A DNA stretch of 64,000 bases from Aplysia californica (lineage: Eukaryota). Where the stretch lies: positions 843,894 through 907,893 of the forward strand of contig NW_004797337.1 in the NCBI RefSeq assembly GCF_000002075.1, read 5' to 3'. Made by a program: the position numbers and the translations under genes. Below, in pieces: positions 1-13,079 of this stretch. A model generated the notes under the pieces. It was not told the DNA's origin and did not search any database. It was given only the letters and a program-made list of their open reading frames with translations. Numbering within the stretch: position 1 is the stretch's first letter; every line of letters starts with the position of its first letter.

Positions 1-32
<32 letters not shown>
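1..32. repeat. (AC)n microsatellite
   Basis: Direct reading. Confidence 0.95.
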
Positions 33-34
<2 letters not shown>

Positions 35-249
35 TTCAATTTTACTTTTTCTTGATATCTCGTGTTTCCAGGCCCTGCTGTCACACACATTTTGTCATGT
101 TTTCTATGGTTGAGTGTTAGAATATTTTGGACAGCAATGATTTATCAACTTTACAATACATATTGGGTAAGCTTTGTTCACTATTTTATGGAGATTAGAA
201 GTGTGAACACGCTCGTCAAGTTTGCTGTCTATGGCAACACCCAAATACT

Positions 250-720
250 TATAATCTAACAAATCCTCAACGTTTTCATTTTTTGAGTGGCTGCAGGGGC
301 ACGTTTTGGTGGTGGTGGTGGTGGGGGGTTAAAATCAACAATAAGTTCTTTGAGTTTTATTTTTCCGGCTCATGAGGTTCACTCCAGCTATCAAATTCAG
401 CCAGAGTGGATTGAGATTTTCGGAATCCATTCTGGAGATTTTTTAATGTGTTTAGGTTTCGAGAAAACACATCAGGCTTTTGTTGTTTATTCAAGTCTAC
501 AAAGGCAATTGGCCTATAACTGGATGGGTTTGCGTGATCGTTGCCTGGTTTGGAAATAAACATAACAGTGGCAATTCGTTCGGAATCTTGGAAAATGTGT
601 GACTGCCACCCCTAAAGGATAATGGTATTATGTTCATTAATTAAGGTGAAACGACAACGAATACCAGTTTTCCCGTGAAAGAGATAGGACTGATGTATTA
701 TCAAATTGTTTATGTATTGT
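250..720 (-). mobile_element. Highly decayed LINE RT fragment
   Basis: Minus-strand translation shows KPGND..NPSSYRPIA and LQNGFRKSQST; boundaries approximate. Confidence 0.6.
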
Positions 721-2566
721 AAGAGTGTTTTCCCTTTAGATCTTAATTAAAGAGAAAAATAAATACTACATGTCTGCCGTGCCAACACATCTTTCTTCTG
801 CGGACCATGTAACATCTTCAGTGGCAGGTAGTGACCACGGCGACCGACTGTTGCGATGAGAGTCAATTCCCACTCGGACGAGGCGGTCTTGCACTTCGTT
901 AGAGCAGATGCCTTCACCAACCTGCCACTCGTGAGTATCTCTATGTACACTAGTTGTTCAACCTATAAGATAAGGAAGACTGGCAGGGGGATAACTCTCT
1001 ATAATTACATCTAGTGCCAAATGCTTAACCGAAACAAATCGAAGAATTGGAATGGCTAACAATGGTTTCAGTAAAACGAGCCCTATCCAGGTAAATCTCA
1101 AAGACAGCTAAAATAACATTAACATTTTTCTAAAAGGTCGTTTGTGGTCAATCCTTCTTTACAGCTGTAAATATTGAACAATCCCCATAAAGACAGTGAA
1201 AATAAACTAGAAGTAACAGAAATGTGGTTTCATAGCAGACTGTTGAGACTTTTTTGGTAGGAAAAGAAATCAAATTAGGTAGTTCGTAAGTGGGCTGTTC
1301 GCTGGTAAAGACATTTAGAAAGAGACAAACAGTTTCTAGGCCTCTTAGATTGTGGGCTTTGAACTTCCAGCTCTCACTGGTAAAATTGAAGACGAATGAA
1401 GCTGAGTTGGACCCAGAGTAGCTTACTTGGAGAGCCTTAACAGTAGATGGGGGACAGGGAAAGATAAGGTTAATGTAGCTTTTTGGGGGGAGCACTCGAG
1501 CAAAGGAATAAATAAATTAAATGGCAAATCATAATCACCGATGTCTGAGGTATATCCGTCTCAAAATGATGACGGTGATGGTTCTCTGAGAACCTCGAGG
1601 AATTCGCATGCCGTCAGTGGTCTAGTGTTTGGGCTACCGGACCCGTAATCGTGAGAATTGACCAAATGTGCCTTCGGCCCACTCTTTAACCAGAGCTTAC
1701 CCCATTTTCTGCTTCCGTCCTTTCTAAAGGACGCTTTGAAAAACGCTCACTATTAATACATATTCAAAACTTTTGTTCAAAGTTGTGTGCTTTCAGCTAC
1801 CAAAATAATCAATCTTTTGTTTAGCAAGAAGAGTTTCACACCAGTGTGCATTTTTAAAGCTGATTTTGTTTGTCAAAGGTTGAAATTTCCAAATGGCGGC
1901 TCCAAGCAAATATGTGAAAAGGTGAGCTAAAAACTATAAGAAATTATCAACATTTGTAGCTAAAAACCTGATAACGCCTGAGTACTTATATAGCACAATT
2001 TATGTTAGCCTATGTTGAACGTTCCATCTTTATTGGCCTCATCATCATTACAGAACTGTGATGGTAGCTTTTCAAGTTTGAGTTTGTGCAATTGCCCTCA
2101 CCACGAAAACAGCTGACATCTTGTATAGTACATTATTTGCTTTCCTAAATGAATCTCGTGGTAACTTTTTGTGCGTCGATATACCAAGGCAAAGAATAAG
2201 ATACACAGATGGCCGGAACAACTTTACAACGAATAACACTAAGAAAAAAACCGAGCTGATCAGGAAAACCGACAACAGAAGGGAATGTGGTACCGTGATC
2301 GTCAATGTCTGCTCCAGGCCTAACATAAGAAGAAGAAGATACCAGTACGACATGGTCAGGTTCATGGTGTAAACTAAATAGTTAATCTGATTGGTCTCAA
2401 AGCGAACAAGAAACAATACGCATGTGTGATATTTTTAAAATGTTTTTTAAAACTCCTAGCCCATTTATATGTAAATGACGCCTTCAGATTAGTAGAGAAA
2501 AGTGTTTAATAATATGATGGTGTCCAATATTTTATTACACGCATACTTAGTATGACATGTAACTGT

Positions 2567-2703
2567 TATACAGGGTCCACACAACGGCTGGATCGGGCCG
2601 ATCGCCCAACTCGGTAGCGAGAAACTGAAAACAAACACGTTTGTTTTTTGGCGAACGAGTCTGGCGATCGGCCCAATCCCATCCGTAGTGGGCACCCCGT
2701 ATT
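2567..2703. mobile_element. Palindromic MITE (TACGGGGTGCC-type ends, centre AAAACAAAC..GTTTGTTTT)
   Basis: Whole element is an imperfect inverted repeat; relatives at ~21245-21380 and ~32457-32653. Confidence 0.7.
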
Positions 2704-3317
2704 ACAGATAGAGATTCAAAGAATATAGATGCAAGTCAATGACATGAGAGCAACGATAATGGTTTTTGAAATAATGGACATATGTTATGTATTAAAGTTA
2801 ACGTTTACAGCAATATTCAGTCTCTTACTTATCACTTTTAGTCGAACGCTCACACCACACGTCACAAAAGAGTAATATACACAAGAGAGGAGGAGAGATA
2901 AGGACGACAGGTGTTTTACAGGAAAGAAGCAACAAACTACACCAGAGCACCTGCCAAACACCACTGGTCAATATTCAGTGGGTCAATCGCTCCATGTGTG
3001 GTGCAGAATACAGAATTAACCATAATATACTGATGTTAAGCAAAGTCGTGTGCTCAATGAATAACGCTAAGGATAGTGTATGATGATAAGCGAATGTTGC
3101 TGTTGGACATAAAAAATAAAACTAAAAAAGAATACATCCCTTTACCACATTCAAATAGCATAGAGAGTGACCTCACGCTTCGAAATGTCGATAAGATTTT
3201 TGATACTTCAAAATCGCACAACACTAGTAATGACTCAGACTAATTTTGGAAAATGGGTGGTGCAATTCAGTGGTATAGGCTTAATGCCCCAATTAACATT
3301 AGGCCTGTACGCGTATT

Positions 3318-6300
3318 ATTGGGCTGTAAGGGTTGAAGGTGAAATCCCAGACGCTCTCTGGCTAGCCAGCCTCAACCAAGTCAACGCCCTGTCCTTGTCG
3401 AGTAGCCTGGGGACCCCTGCTCTGTGTGCAGGAGCAAGGGTTGCAGACGGAGCTCTGGCCAGGAGGTACCATAACCCTGTGAGGTGCGATATGAGCAGCG
3501 ACCCTCCGGCTCGTAGAAGGGTCCATACACATCCACCATTATGGTAGGTCTGGCGTCACAGCAGGCCAACCTGTTCATTCAGGAACTCACTGTCGACATC
3601 TCCTTCCCTCCCTCTCGTGGGAGCTCTACAGACGGGGCATGGTACCCACAGACTGCCAGATGACTCATCGTGAGATGTCTCCGCTGACCAGAAGGCCTTG
3701 TTGCTGGAAGGAATAGGCTGCCTGGAAACAGATGACGTCCCTACAGACATCCTTGCAAATGCTCGCTGAATCATGACGTAACGATCCTCTGTCTGAGTAG
3801 ATTTGGCCATCCTTTGGATTTTTCTGCTCCATAAACGGAAATGGTGATAGCAGATAGCCAGGAGACAGCAGGTGGCTGATTGGGCAAACGCAAGTTACGC
3901 TTGGTGGTGTAGACGACTCACTGTGGAAGGAACGCGTTACCCCTTACTCAATGGGACCCCTTACTGGACTGCTCAGATGATCACTGGCCATTGGTTGCAC
4001 TTTGTGGCTCCCATCTCTCAAAACTAGAGTGTGCCTACATCCCCCTATAGTTGTCTACTATCCTAAGAAATCCGGGGGAAGGTTGATGGAAACCAGGACA
4101 ACGAATATTGCACCTTCGTTCTCTTGTGGCAAGATGTTTGGGCACAAGCCAGTGTCAGGACAAGACTACCACCTACCTGAGATCCTACAGGGATGCATAC
4201 AAGCCTTTACAACCCCCAAACCAATAGAATGCCTCTACGACAGATGAAACTATACGAGCTCGGATGTCGCCTCAGTTATCAAGGTCAGCGCTCTCTGCCT
4301 TCACCCGGGGGCGGGAGTGACAAGTCAGCTACTGGGACCCACGCTACAGGTATAGGGGCCACAAGCAACACACAGACACCACAGACTCCCCAACCTACAG
4401 ACACACAGACATTGAATATACTCCAACTGAACATCTCATCAATACAGAACAAGAAAAAGGAGCTTGCAAAGATGCTGTGAGACTTAAAAATTCATGTAGC
4501 CCTGCTACAAGAAACCCAACCACCCAAGCGGATAGATTTCCATCTGACAGGCTGCACAATGTACCACTGCAAGTGCACCAAATGTCAAGGTGTCGCAACC
4601 CTCATTCGTAATGGCATCACCGCTGAGGTTTCTCACCCAGAAACCGATGACGAGACTGACAGGCAGGAAGTGAAAGTTCAGCAGTCGGATGGAACAACCT
4701 ATATCATCTACAATGTATACTGCCCACCGAGAACTACTCTCTAGCTCAACTTCCCGAATACAGACCACAGACATACCATTCTTGCGGGAGATTTCAATGG
4801 ACACTTTCCACTGTGGGGTCACAGTGATACAGACACGACAGGAACAGTTGTAGAAGAACTACTGAGATTAAACAACCTCATCTCACTTCAGAACGACAAG
4901 ACACCACCCACCCTACTTCATAGAGCCAGCGGAACTCTCAGCAGACCAGACTTGACCTTGGTCTATTCTGACCTTCACCCGCACTGCTCCGTGAAAGTCC
5001 TAGATGACATAGGAAGTGACCACCGCCAAACCCTACTGCAGATATTCAGCAACAGGAAACGAGAACCGACCAACCCCATAAAATGCAGTTGGAACTACAA
5101 GAAAGCAAACTGGGAGCTCTACCAAGTAGAAGTTAGAAAGTAGACTCCTGGAAGTATGCACGATCAACCCAATTAACGAGTGCAACAAGGACATCATCAC
5201 AGCCCAAAGAAGTTCCACCCTTATTGGGACAAAGAACTGGAACAACTGACCAAGGCCAGAAAGAAAGCCAGACGGCGTGCTGAGAAGAACCCAACAACTG
5301 AAAACAGAAAGCACTACAACTACCTGACTGCCAAGGTAAAGCTGAAGAACAAAAGTGCGAAAAGAAAAACATGGAGAGAACATTGTGGAGAACTAGACCT
5401 TCGTAAAGACGAGAGGAAAGCCTGGAACCTGCTCACCAATCTGAAAGGAGAAACATGCAGAGCTGAGGTATACATTGCAAACATCAACAAGAAAGGAACC
5501 CAGAACAAACTGAGCCACGCAATAAAGCAGCTGACCAAAAGGGCAGAACGGACTCCTAAGGCAAACCTGGAGGTGTTTGAGAAGGAGTTTACTCTGACGG
5601 AATTGAAGGCAGCCATCAAAAAGTGTAAGAAGAGAAAGGCCCAGGACCAGACCACATCACCAATGAGATGATCCTCAACCTGACAGACTCTTCCCTCTAT
5701 AAATACTCCTGGATTTCTTCAACAGGACCTGGAATGAGGGACAGCTCCCAAAAGAATGGAAGAAAGCAAACATCACACCAATACTGAAGAAGGACAGACA
5801 AGCTAGCCAGCCTTCAAGCTATAGGCCAATCTCTTTAACATCATGCCTGGGTAAGGTCGTCGAGAGAATGGTCAACGACAGACTGTACTGGTGGATGGAA
5901 AACACCGGCACAATCGGCACATCACTGGCAGGATTCAGGAAAGGCAAAAGAACTATGGACCACCTCATCAGATTTGCCCAGAAGACCAGCGATGCCTTTC
6001 CAGAGAAAGACAACGTTGTGGCTGTTTTAATCGACCTGAGGCAGGCGTATGACCATGTGTGGAGAGAGGGACTGTTCTACAAAATGCAAAAGCTTAGGAT
6101 AGCAGGAAGGATGTACCGCTGGATCAAGAACTGTCTGTCTTGCAGAACTATCCAGACGTCATGTGAGGACACTCAAGAAAGGCCTCCCACAGGGGTCAGC
6201 ACTCAGCTGTACCCTCTTCCTGTTGTTCATGAACGACTTGCCAGATGTCATCTCCTGCCAGAAAGCACTCTACACTGACGACTTACTTATCTGGAGCAAA

Positions 6301-8050
6301 GGAAGTGACATGAGAGCACTGAACCAAGCCATCAACGCGGACCTGACTACTATCTTTTCCCACTGCCAGCTATGGAAGATGGAGATCAACACAGATAAGA
6401 CTGTTTTTGGACTCTTCAGCCTCAAAAAACAAGTTTACAGCAGGTCAGGTAAACCTTAAGATCCATGGAACCACCATCAAACATGAGGACCATCCCAAGT
6501 ACCTTGGTGTACAACTGGACCGAAAGCTGTCTCTCAAAGAGCACTTAGCGGAGCTGACCAAGAAAGCCACCTCCAGACTAAACCTTCTGAAATGCCTTTC
6601 GTCACTCAACTGGGGAGCTTACAAAGCAACCCTCCGACAACTTTATATAGGGCACGTCAGATCTGAGATTGACTACTCCCTACCACTACAATCCATAGCC
6701 AGCCAAAGCTCTTTAGTACAGCTTGACAGAGTACAGAACCAAGCACTCAGATTTGTTTCTGGCGCGATGAAGACCAAGCCTACAAGCGCCTGCGAAATCC
6801 ACACCAACACAGAACCACTGGACCTCAGAAGAATGAGTGCTACACTCGAAACCTACGAAAGATTCGCGCGGCTAAAAGACACGAACGAAAACAGAAAAAT
6901 GGCAGAAGAGTGGGAACCAAGAACACGCATCCAGAAGACCTCCTTCATGCGAGAAGCAACCAAACTACTGGAGGAGTTTGACCCACCCTAGAACAGAGAA
7001 CCAATCGCCAACATCAGCTGCGAACCTCCATATTGGGAGACACCAGAAATCACAAAAGGACGAGACTTCTAGACCCTTCTTGTGACATGACCACATCAGA
7101 AGAAATCCTTAAAACTAGTGCCCTGGAGACAGTGGACTCGTATGCTGAAACTCCAAACACAGATGGGTCAGCAACAAACGCTACACGGAAAGCTGGATAT
7201 GGATCTATCATCAAATATCGAAACAACCATGGAGAGAAGAAGCAGACACGACTATTTGGCCCATGTGGAACATACAGCTCCAACTATGACGCAGAGAGAG
7301 TTGCCATAGTAAAGACCCTGGAGCAGTTCACCCAAGACTTTCTTGAAGGCGAAGTAACACCAGGAAATGTTGTTGTCTTCTCTGACTCAATGTCAGTATT
7401 CCAAGCCGTTGCGGGAGGAGGAGACTACAGAGGGGACGGGAACATTCTCAGCCTTGTAAAACAGAAGGGCACTTCCTATGGCGTCCGGGTCACACTGCAG
7501 TGGGTGCCTGGTCATTCTGGAGTACCAGGGAATGAGACTGCAGACCAACTATCAAAGACTGGAGCAAGCCTGCCCCAGACAGAAACAGCCGCCTCTTTTC
7601 AGACCTGTAGAGGGATCACCCCAGCCAAAAGCAGAGACGAGTGGCTAAACAGATGGACCAACGCAGAAACAGGAAGATCTCTCTTTGGGTACTTGGACAA
7701 ATCCAACCCCAAAGAGCCTTCGGATCTTTCATGTAGAGCCGATCAGGCTTTGATCTTCAGAGCCCGAACAGGACACGTACACACCAACAAGCACATAAAC
7801 AGAATTAATCCCATGTGGGAACCCCATTGTAGACACTGTGACTACCACGAGGAGACCGTTGAACATCTTCTCCTTCACTGCCCAAACCCGGCAGTTCTTC
7901 GACGCAGGCTCCTACACACACCTACAGACTTACAAAGCCTGCTCTACTCTGGAGTTGACCAGATGACAAGTACATGTGGTTACTTGAGGGAGGCATTGCG
8001 CTGCCAAGAGCGAAATGCTCGCAGCTAAAGGAATTTGAAAACAACAACAA

Positions 8051-8081
<31 letters not shown>
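3318..8081 (+). mobile_element. Near-full-length decayed non-LTR retrotransposon (I-group, Ingi/Nimb-like; APE-RT-RNase H-CCHC, no evident ORF1) with (AAC)n tail
   Basis: APE motifs LQLNI, LLQET, YNVYCPP, AGDFNGH, GSDH. RT motifs YRPISLTS, GLPQGSALS, LYTDDL, KYLGV. RNase H motifs TDGS, FSDS, QWVPGHSGVPGNETAD. C-terminal CRHC..ETVEHLLLHC. Tail at 8040-8081. Confidence 0.92.
4086..8028 (+). pseudogene. Disrupted LINE polyprotein (endonuclease / reverse transcriptase / RNase H)
   Basis: Domains are spread over many ORF fragments in different frames with internal stops (e.g. 4480, 4744, 5143, 6991). Confidence 0.9.
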
Positions 8082-8839
8082 GGAGACATTGAGGGAGAAA
8101 GGCGCCATATTTACGTGCTCTTTCGAGGAAGAAAGGAGAGCCTTGGAAATAGCCATTGACTGGATTGACAAAGAGTGCCATGCATCCAACTCGGTCGCTA
8201 TCTTCATCGACAGTCAATCACTATGCATGGCACTAGTGGGAACATCACCATCCTTCGACCAAATGCGACTACGTATAAATAAATAATGCAATACCTCAAC
8301 CCACGATTCAGTGGATCCCTGGTCACTTCGATATCCTCGGCAACGATCTCGCTGACAGTAATGCCAAACTGGCAACAGCGCTGTCCAGGCCGCCAAATTA
8401 CTTATGAAAGTGCGTGCGCCCAGATAAAACTAATTACAAAAGACCCCCCTATATGCCACACGCGGACGAAGGAAGTATACAGGGCATTTTCCTTTAAAAG
8501 AGAGGCCCGTATTATGTCCCGCAGTGACCAGTCATTACTGGCAAAAATCAGGACCGGTCACTTCTCTGGGCTGCGGGCCTACAAAAATAGAATAGACAGA
8601 ACATCGGACCCAACCTGTCCATTGTGCAGCGAGGAACCCCAAGATTTGGAGCACTGGCTGCAGAGATGCCCCGCCACGGAGGCCCGGCGGTGGCATCTCT
8701 TCGGGGGGGGGGGGGGGGATTCAGGGAGGTTGGACTGCCTCACCCGCTACCCAAGGGAGGCGGTGGCCCTGGCGAAGAGCACGCTCTTCGGGGCTCCAAA
8801 CATTTCGAACGGATAGGCTACCACACACACACAACAACA
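8082..8839 (+). mobile_element. 5'-truncated second LINE of a different RNase H-containing family (RNase H C-terminal half + CCHC) with (AC)n(AAC)n tail
   Basis: CSFEEERRALEIA, IFIDSQSL, IQWIPGH..GNDLAD, IRTGH, CPLCSEEPQDLEHWLQRCP; stop at 8816. Confidence 0.88.
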
Positions 8840-8939
8840 ACGCGTATTGTTTTTTTCTGAAGTCCCCACGAGCACTAAGGAACATCGCACGTTGCTTGTC
8901 TGCGAATGAATGTGTTCCGCTCTAATTACAGACAAAAAT

Positions 8940-9190
8940 CGTGCATAACAAGATAGTTCACTCCTCTCTTTCAGCCAATTAAAAAAGTGTTCTCACAATC
9001 CAGTGGTACACTCTTCGAAAAAGTGCGGACTTTGCGATCAGAGTTATGTGAAAATCAATAAAAGCGAAACTTACAAACTGTTCTATTCCTATTCTTCTTC
9101 GGGAGAAACGAAAGAGGCTTCAAAACAAAGACTGCAGCGCCATCTGAACCAATGCGTGGACTTCCACGGACACTTTTTTGGCCGAGTGAA
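8940..9190. repeat. Interspersed repeat with a related copy at ~30730-30960
   Basis: Shared CAACAAGATAGTTCA and inverted CTCTTCGAAAAAGTGCG.ACTTTGCGATCAGAGTTA blocks. Confidence 0.65.
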
Positions 9191-9217
9191 CTATCTGGTT
9201 ATGAATGATCTTTGCTA

Positions 9218-10484
9218 CCGATCGGTGCAATCTTAAGATTGCGCTACGCATTTTAACGATAGTATAATTGCGCAGCAATCTTAAGATTGCGCTTTGTGTT
9301 TTAATGATCGTGTCACTGCGCGGCAACCGGGAGATTGCGTAAATATTCTATATTTTTGAAACATTTTTTTTTCTCTTAAGGTTAGCTTAAACTGGTAATT
9401 ATTAGCGAAAAATGACATGAAACACCATTTTCTGTTCTTTGGCTGATACACAACTTTAGCATATTCTGCACCTTATCCTGTGTCACACAACGTTTTTAAT
9501 CACCTGAAATATTTTATTTTTAGAATGTAAGTTTAACCATAGATTTTCTCGATTTGTTTCAGCTTTTTTTCCTTTTTTCCGCTTTTCTCGGTTTTTCAAT
9601 TTTCACACTAAATGTTACATCTATGTCCCAATATCTCAGAAAGTATTACAGCTACATTCCTGAAACTTTGAATAGCGGAGGTCCATGTATTTACACAATG
9701 ATAGACTATTCACTTAAAGATCCAATGATACATTTTTTGAATAAATATGCTTCTAGTTACTTTTAACCCATAACATTTTGAAAAAAAGTTGTAACACATT
9801 ATGACAAATGTTTTTTAATTTAAGTTGTCACTAGATTTTCTTTTAAAAAGTCTAAAATATCCTTGTATGATTTTTTACAATCTTGTTAAGTTTTAATGAG
9901 CTGTCTTACAAACTTTTGGAGATATCCTGACGAGACTATTGCTTATATTTTATTTCCTGTTCCCCCCGAAACGTGGTTTTTGGACTACTAACACATCAAA
10001 AGCCCAATATTCTGGTCAAAAATGTCTGTTTTTGCGTGTTTCTGCCCCCGGTGTATCATTTTAGGGTATTTTTACTCCCTCTGGACGAAGAAACGCATTT
10101 ACCAGTTTACGCTAACTTTAAGTTCTCTTTCATCTTATTCTTTTACTCACACCACCAAAGAACATTCATTTTATTTTCAAAAGTGTAAAAATATGAAAAT
10201 ATAAATCAATATAAAATTACTTATGAAACTGAAGAGCTCCCAAGAATGATACAATGCCAGGTATCAAACTCATAGTTCACAAAGTATAATGAATTTATTT
10301 TATGTTTTTGAAATAATATTTTAAAAATTCACTTCCATCTTTATTCTTTTACTCACATCAAGGAACATTCACATATATTTTCAAAAGTGTACAAATATGA
10401 AAATGAGCAGCACCATCTTAAGATTGCCGCGAAATTATACGATCGTTAAAATGCGCGGCGCAATCTTAAGATTGCACCGATCGA
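9218..10484. mobile_element. Non-autonomous TIR DNA transposon (Tc1/mariner-like TA TSD) with ~70-bp TIRs
   Basis: CGATCGGTGCAATCTTAAGATTGCGC... at 9219 is mirrored at 10414-10483; flanked by TA on both sides. Confidence 0.85.
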
Positions 10485-11974
10485 TAATTAGCGCGGAATA
10501 AATGCGTCATTTGCAGTGAACAAGAGACAAAGGGCGAAAACTGTCTCCTTTTCACCGGTGCAGTCTTAATGATAAATATAGTACACTTATGAAGTGTATT
10601 CCCCCCTTGGAGAGTGGCCAATGCGCTTCACAATAATACAATAATTATGACGAACGTAAATTTTCTTAAGTGTGAGCGAGGGAAAAATAGGCCTTCACTT
10701 ATATTATTGTCAAATTTTACCCAGGTGCTGTCTACCCCTGACCTATTTCTTGTTATTATTTACCAATTAAAAGTAGACATCAAGATCTGAGTATCATCGG
10801 ACTTTGGAAGAGCGATAGCCTGATTTCAGGCTTAGCCCTGACCTGACCTCGTTGCAGTAAATGTCCCATCGTATATATATTATTTTCTACATTTCCAGAA
10901 CAGTGACTTTCAAATCCCCCAAAACCCAGCCTTCCCCTCCCCAAATCTCCCCAAGCCCACATTTTGTAACCAATAATTTGAAAAGTGAAATTTAGCAGTC
11001 AAAAAGAAACAATGCAATAGAGGGTCTTCCAAAGACAGTGGTGAGGGTACAACTTCTACCATGCATCCTGTTTATGGCTTTTTCAAGTCATTAAATACGT
11101 TTATTAGTTTATTACCCCCCCCCCCCGCCACAAAGAACAACCGCTCCCCCTTAAAAAACAACAACCTCCCGTTCCCTCAACAAAAACCAACCGACCAAAC
11201 AAATAAACAAACTAACAACAAAAACAAAACCAGTATCCATACATTCCACATTTCTAATTATTTAACATAAAACTACATGATGAACGAANNNNNNNNNNNN
11301 NNNNNNNNNNNNNNNNNNNNNNNNNNNNNNNNNNNNNNNNNNNNNNNNNNNNNNNNNNNNNNNNNNNNNNNNNNNNNNNNNNNNNNNNNNNNNNNNNNNN
11401 NNNNNNNNNNNNNNNNNNNNNNNNNNNNNNNNNNNNNNNNNNNNNNNNNNNNNNNNNNNNNNNNNNNNNNNNNNNNNNNNNNNNNNNNNNNNNNNNNNNN
11501 NNNNNNNNNNNNNNNNNNNNNNNNNNNNNNNNNNNNNNNNNNNNNNNNNNNNNNNNNNNNNNNNNNNNNNNNNNNNNNNNNNNNNNNNNNNNNNNNNNNN
11601 NNNNNNNNNNNNNNNNNNNNNNNNNNNNNNNNNNNNNNNNNNNNNNNNNCTCATGTTTTTGCTTAGTTTTAGTAAGAGTTTTACGGCACTTGCAACACAA
11701 TTCATATTGGGTGTCGAAGGTTATAGGTGTTATTGTATACCAACATTCAAATGAAAGCAGGTGGGGAAAAAAGAACAGCTGATATCACTCGTGTTTGCGC
11801 AAAGAGAAAGAGAGACAGAGGAACACAGACTGTCTGAGGTTTTGTAACAAGGAAAGGAAGTCACACTCAGACTAACGGACGAGCAAGTACACAAGCTTAT
11901 AACATTTCCAGCTCGTTGAACAGACATATTATACATTTTGGGGACGACTATTTAAAAGAGGCGCTGTTTTTTGT

Positions 11975-12360
11975 TTAGTAAGGTTTACGGCGCTCGCAAC
12001 TTCATATGAGCGCCAAGGGGTGGATGTGAACAGAGAAGTCCAAACTGGGAATCAGGCTAATTCTGCTCACCTCTCAAGCCTCTACAGCACAAAGTCTGCT
12101 TCGACTATCTTAGCACCCCAGAAATAGCAGTTCACAAAAGAGTGACAAACATACAAAAGAAGTAGAGGAAAAAATGACGATAGTAAGGACGATGAAAGAA
12201 AAAGCAGCAATTCCCACTAAGTTGTCCAGCACAGTATGAGCTTGACATTAATAAATCAGCCCATTTATAATTCTGCTGTGTATAAGAACATGTTAATATC
12301 CCTCTTTTACGAATGGCCTTAAGACAATACAGTCAGTACGTATAGATAGAATCGCCCTGG
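11975..12360 (-). repeat. SINE-like repeat (inverted partner of 16150-16545)
   Basis: CATATGAGCGCCAAGGGGTGGATGT...GTCTGCTTCGAC matches the reverse complement of 16400-16520. Confidence 0.8.
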
Positions 12361-13079
12361 GGAGGGGGGGGGGAGGAACTGTAATGAAGCTGTGGTAAAT
12401 TAATTGTGTACTATTATTATGTTTAACCCCCCTTTCACCACTCTAAAGTTACTGACGAGGCAGGACCCCAAAATTTTAACTTACATCTCCGATAACACAG
12501 TGTTAAATGGATCAAGGGCCTTTAAAACACCTCAAAATAAAGTAACAACGTAAGTTAAGAACGGCAGGTAGAGAATTAGAACCAGTGCCACCAGCTGCGT
12601 AGTCCATCAGACCTTACAGAGCGCTCTCAACAGAGAAAACATAGATAACAATAATATTATTATGACCGTGACACAATTAGTCAGACACGAGACAGAAACC
12701 TGAGTAGCAAAGTGTCACAGAGTGTCAGCGCTTGACCTGTAAGTAGGACAGAGAATAGTTTGAACTGTTGAACAAAGTTCACAGGCAGTAGTGCTGTCAA
12801 AAATGTGTGGCGCAACTAATGGTCAAAAATCTCCTCAACTATCGAACATAGACTCTTCAACTTTTGAACCATGAATTATATCAATTTTGTCTCAACAGGT
12901 AAACATCCGTTTTAAACACCTGTGCGATACATTCCAGAAATTCTGTTACAAATACCAATTATTAAAAATCCCAATCGACGGTTTCTACGGATTTATTATA
13001 AAAAGATTTCTATCCTATGAGCTGAGACAATAGCACTTTCAGCATTAAATCCTTCTTACAACTTTTAATCGCGAGACTG

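Noticed and set aside
4002-4480. 2A (StopGo) peptide at the LINE N-terminus, as in some Ingi-like elements
   Set aside because: No D-[VI]-E-x-N-P-G-P motif visible in the translated frames
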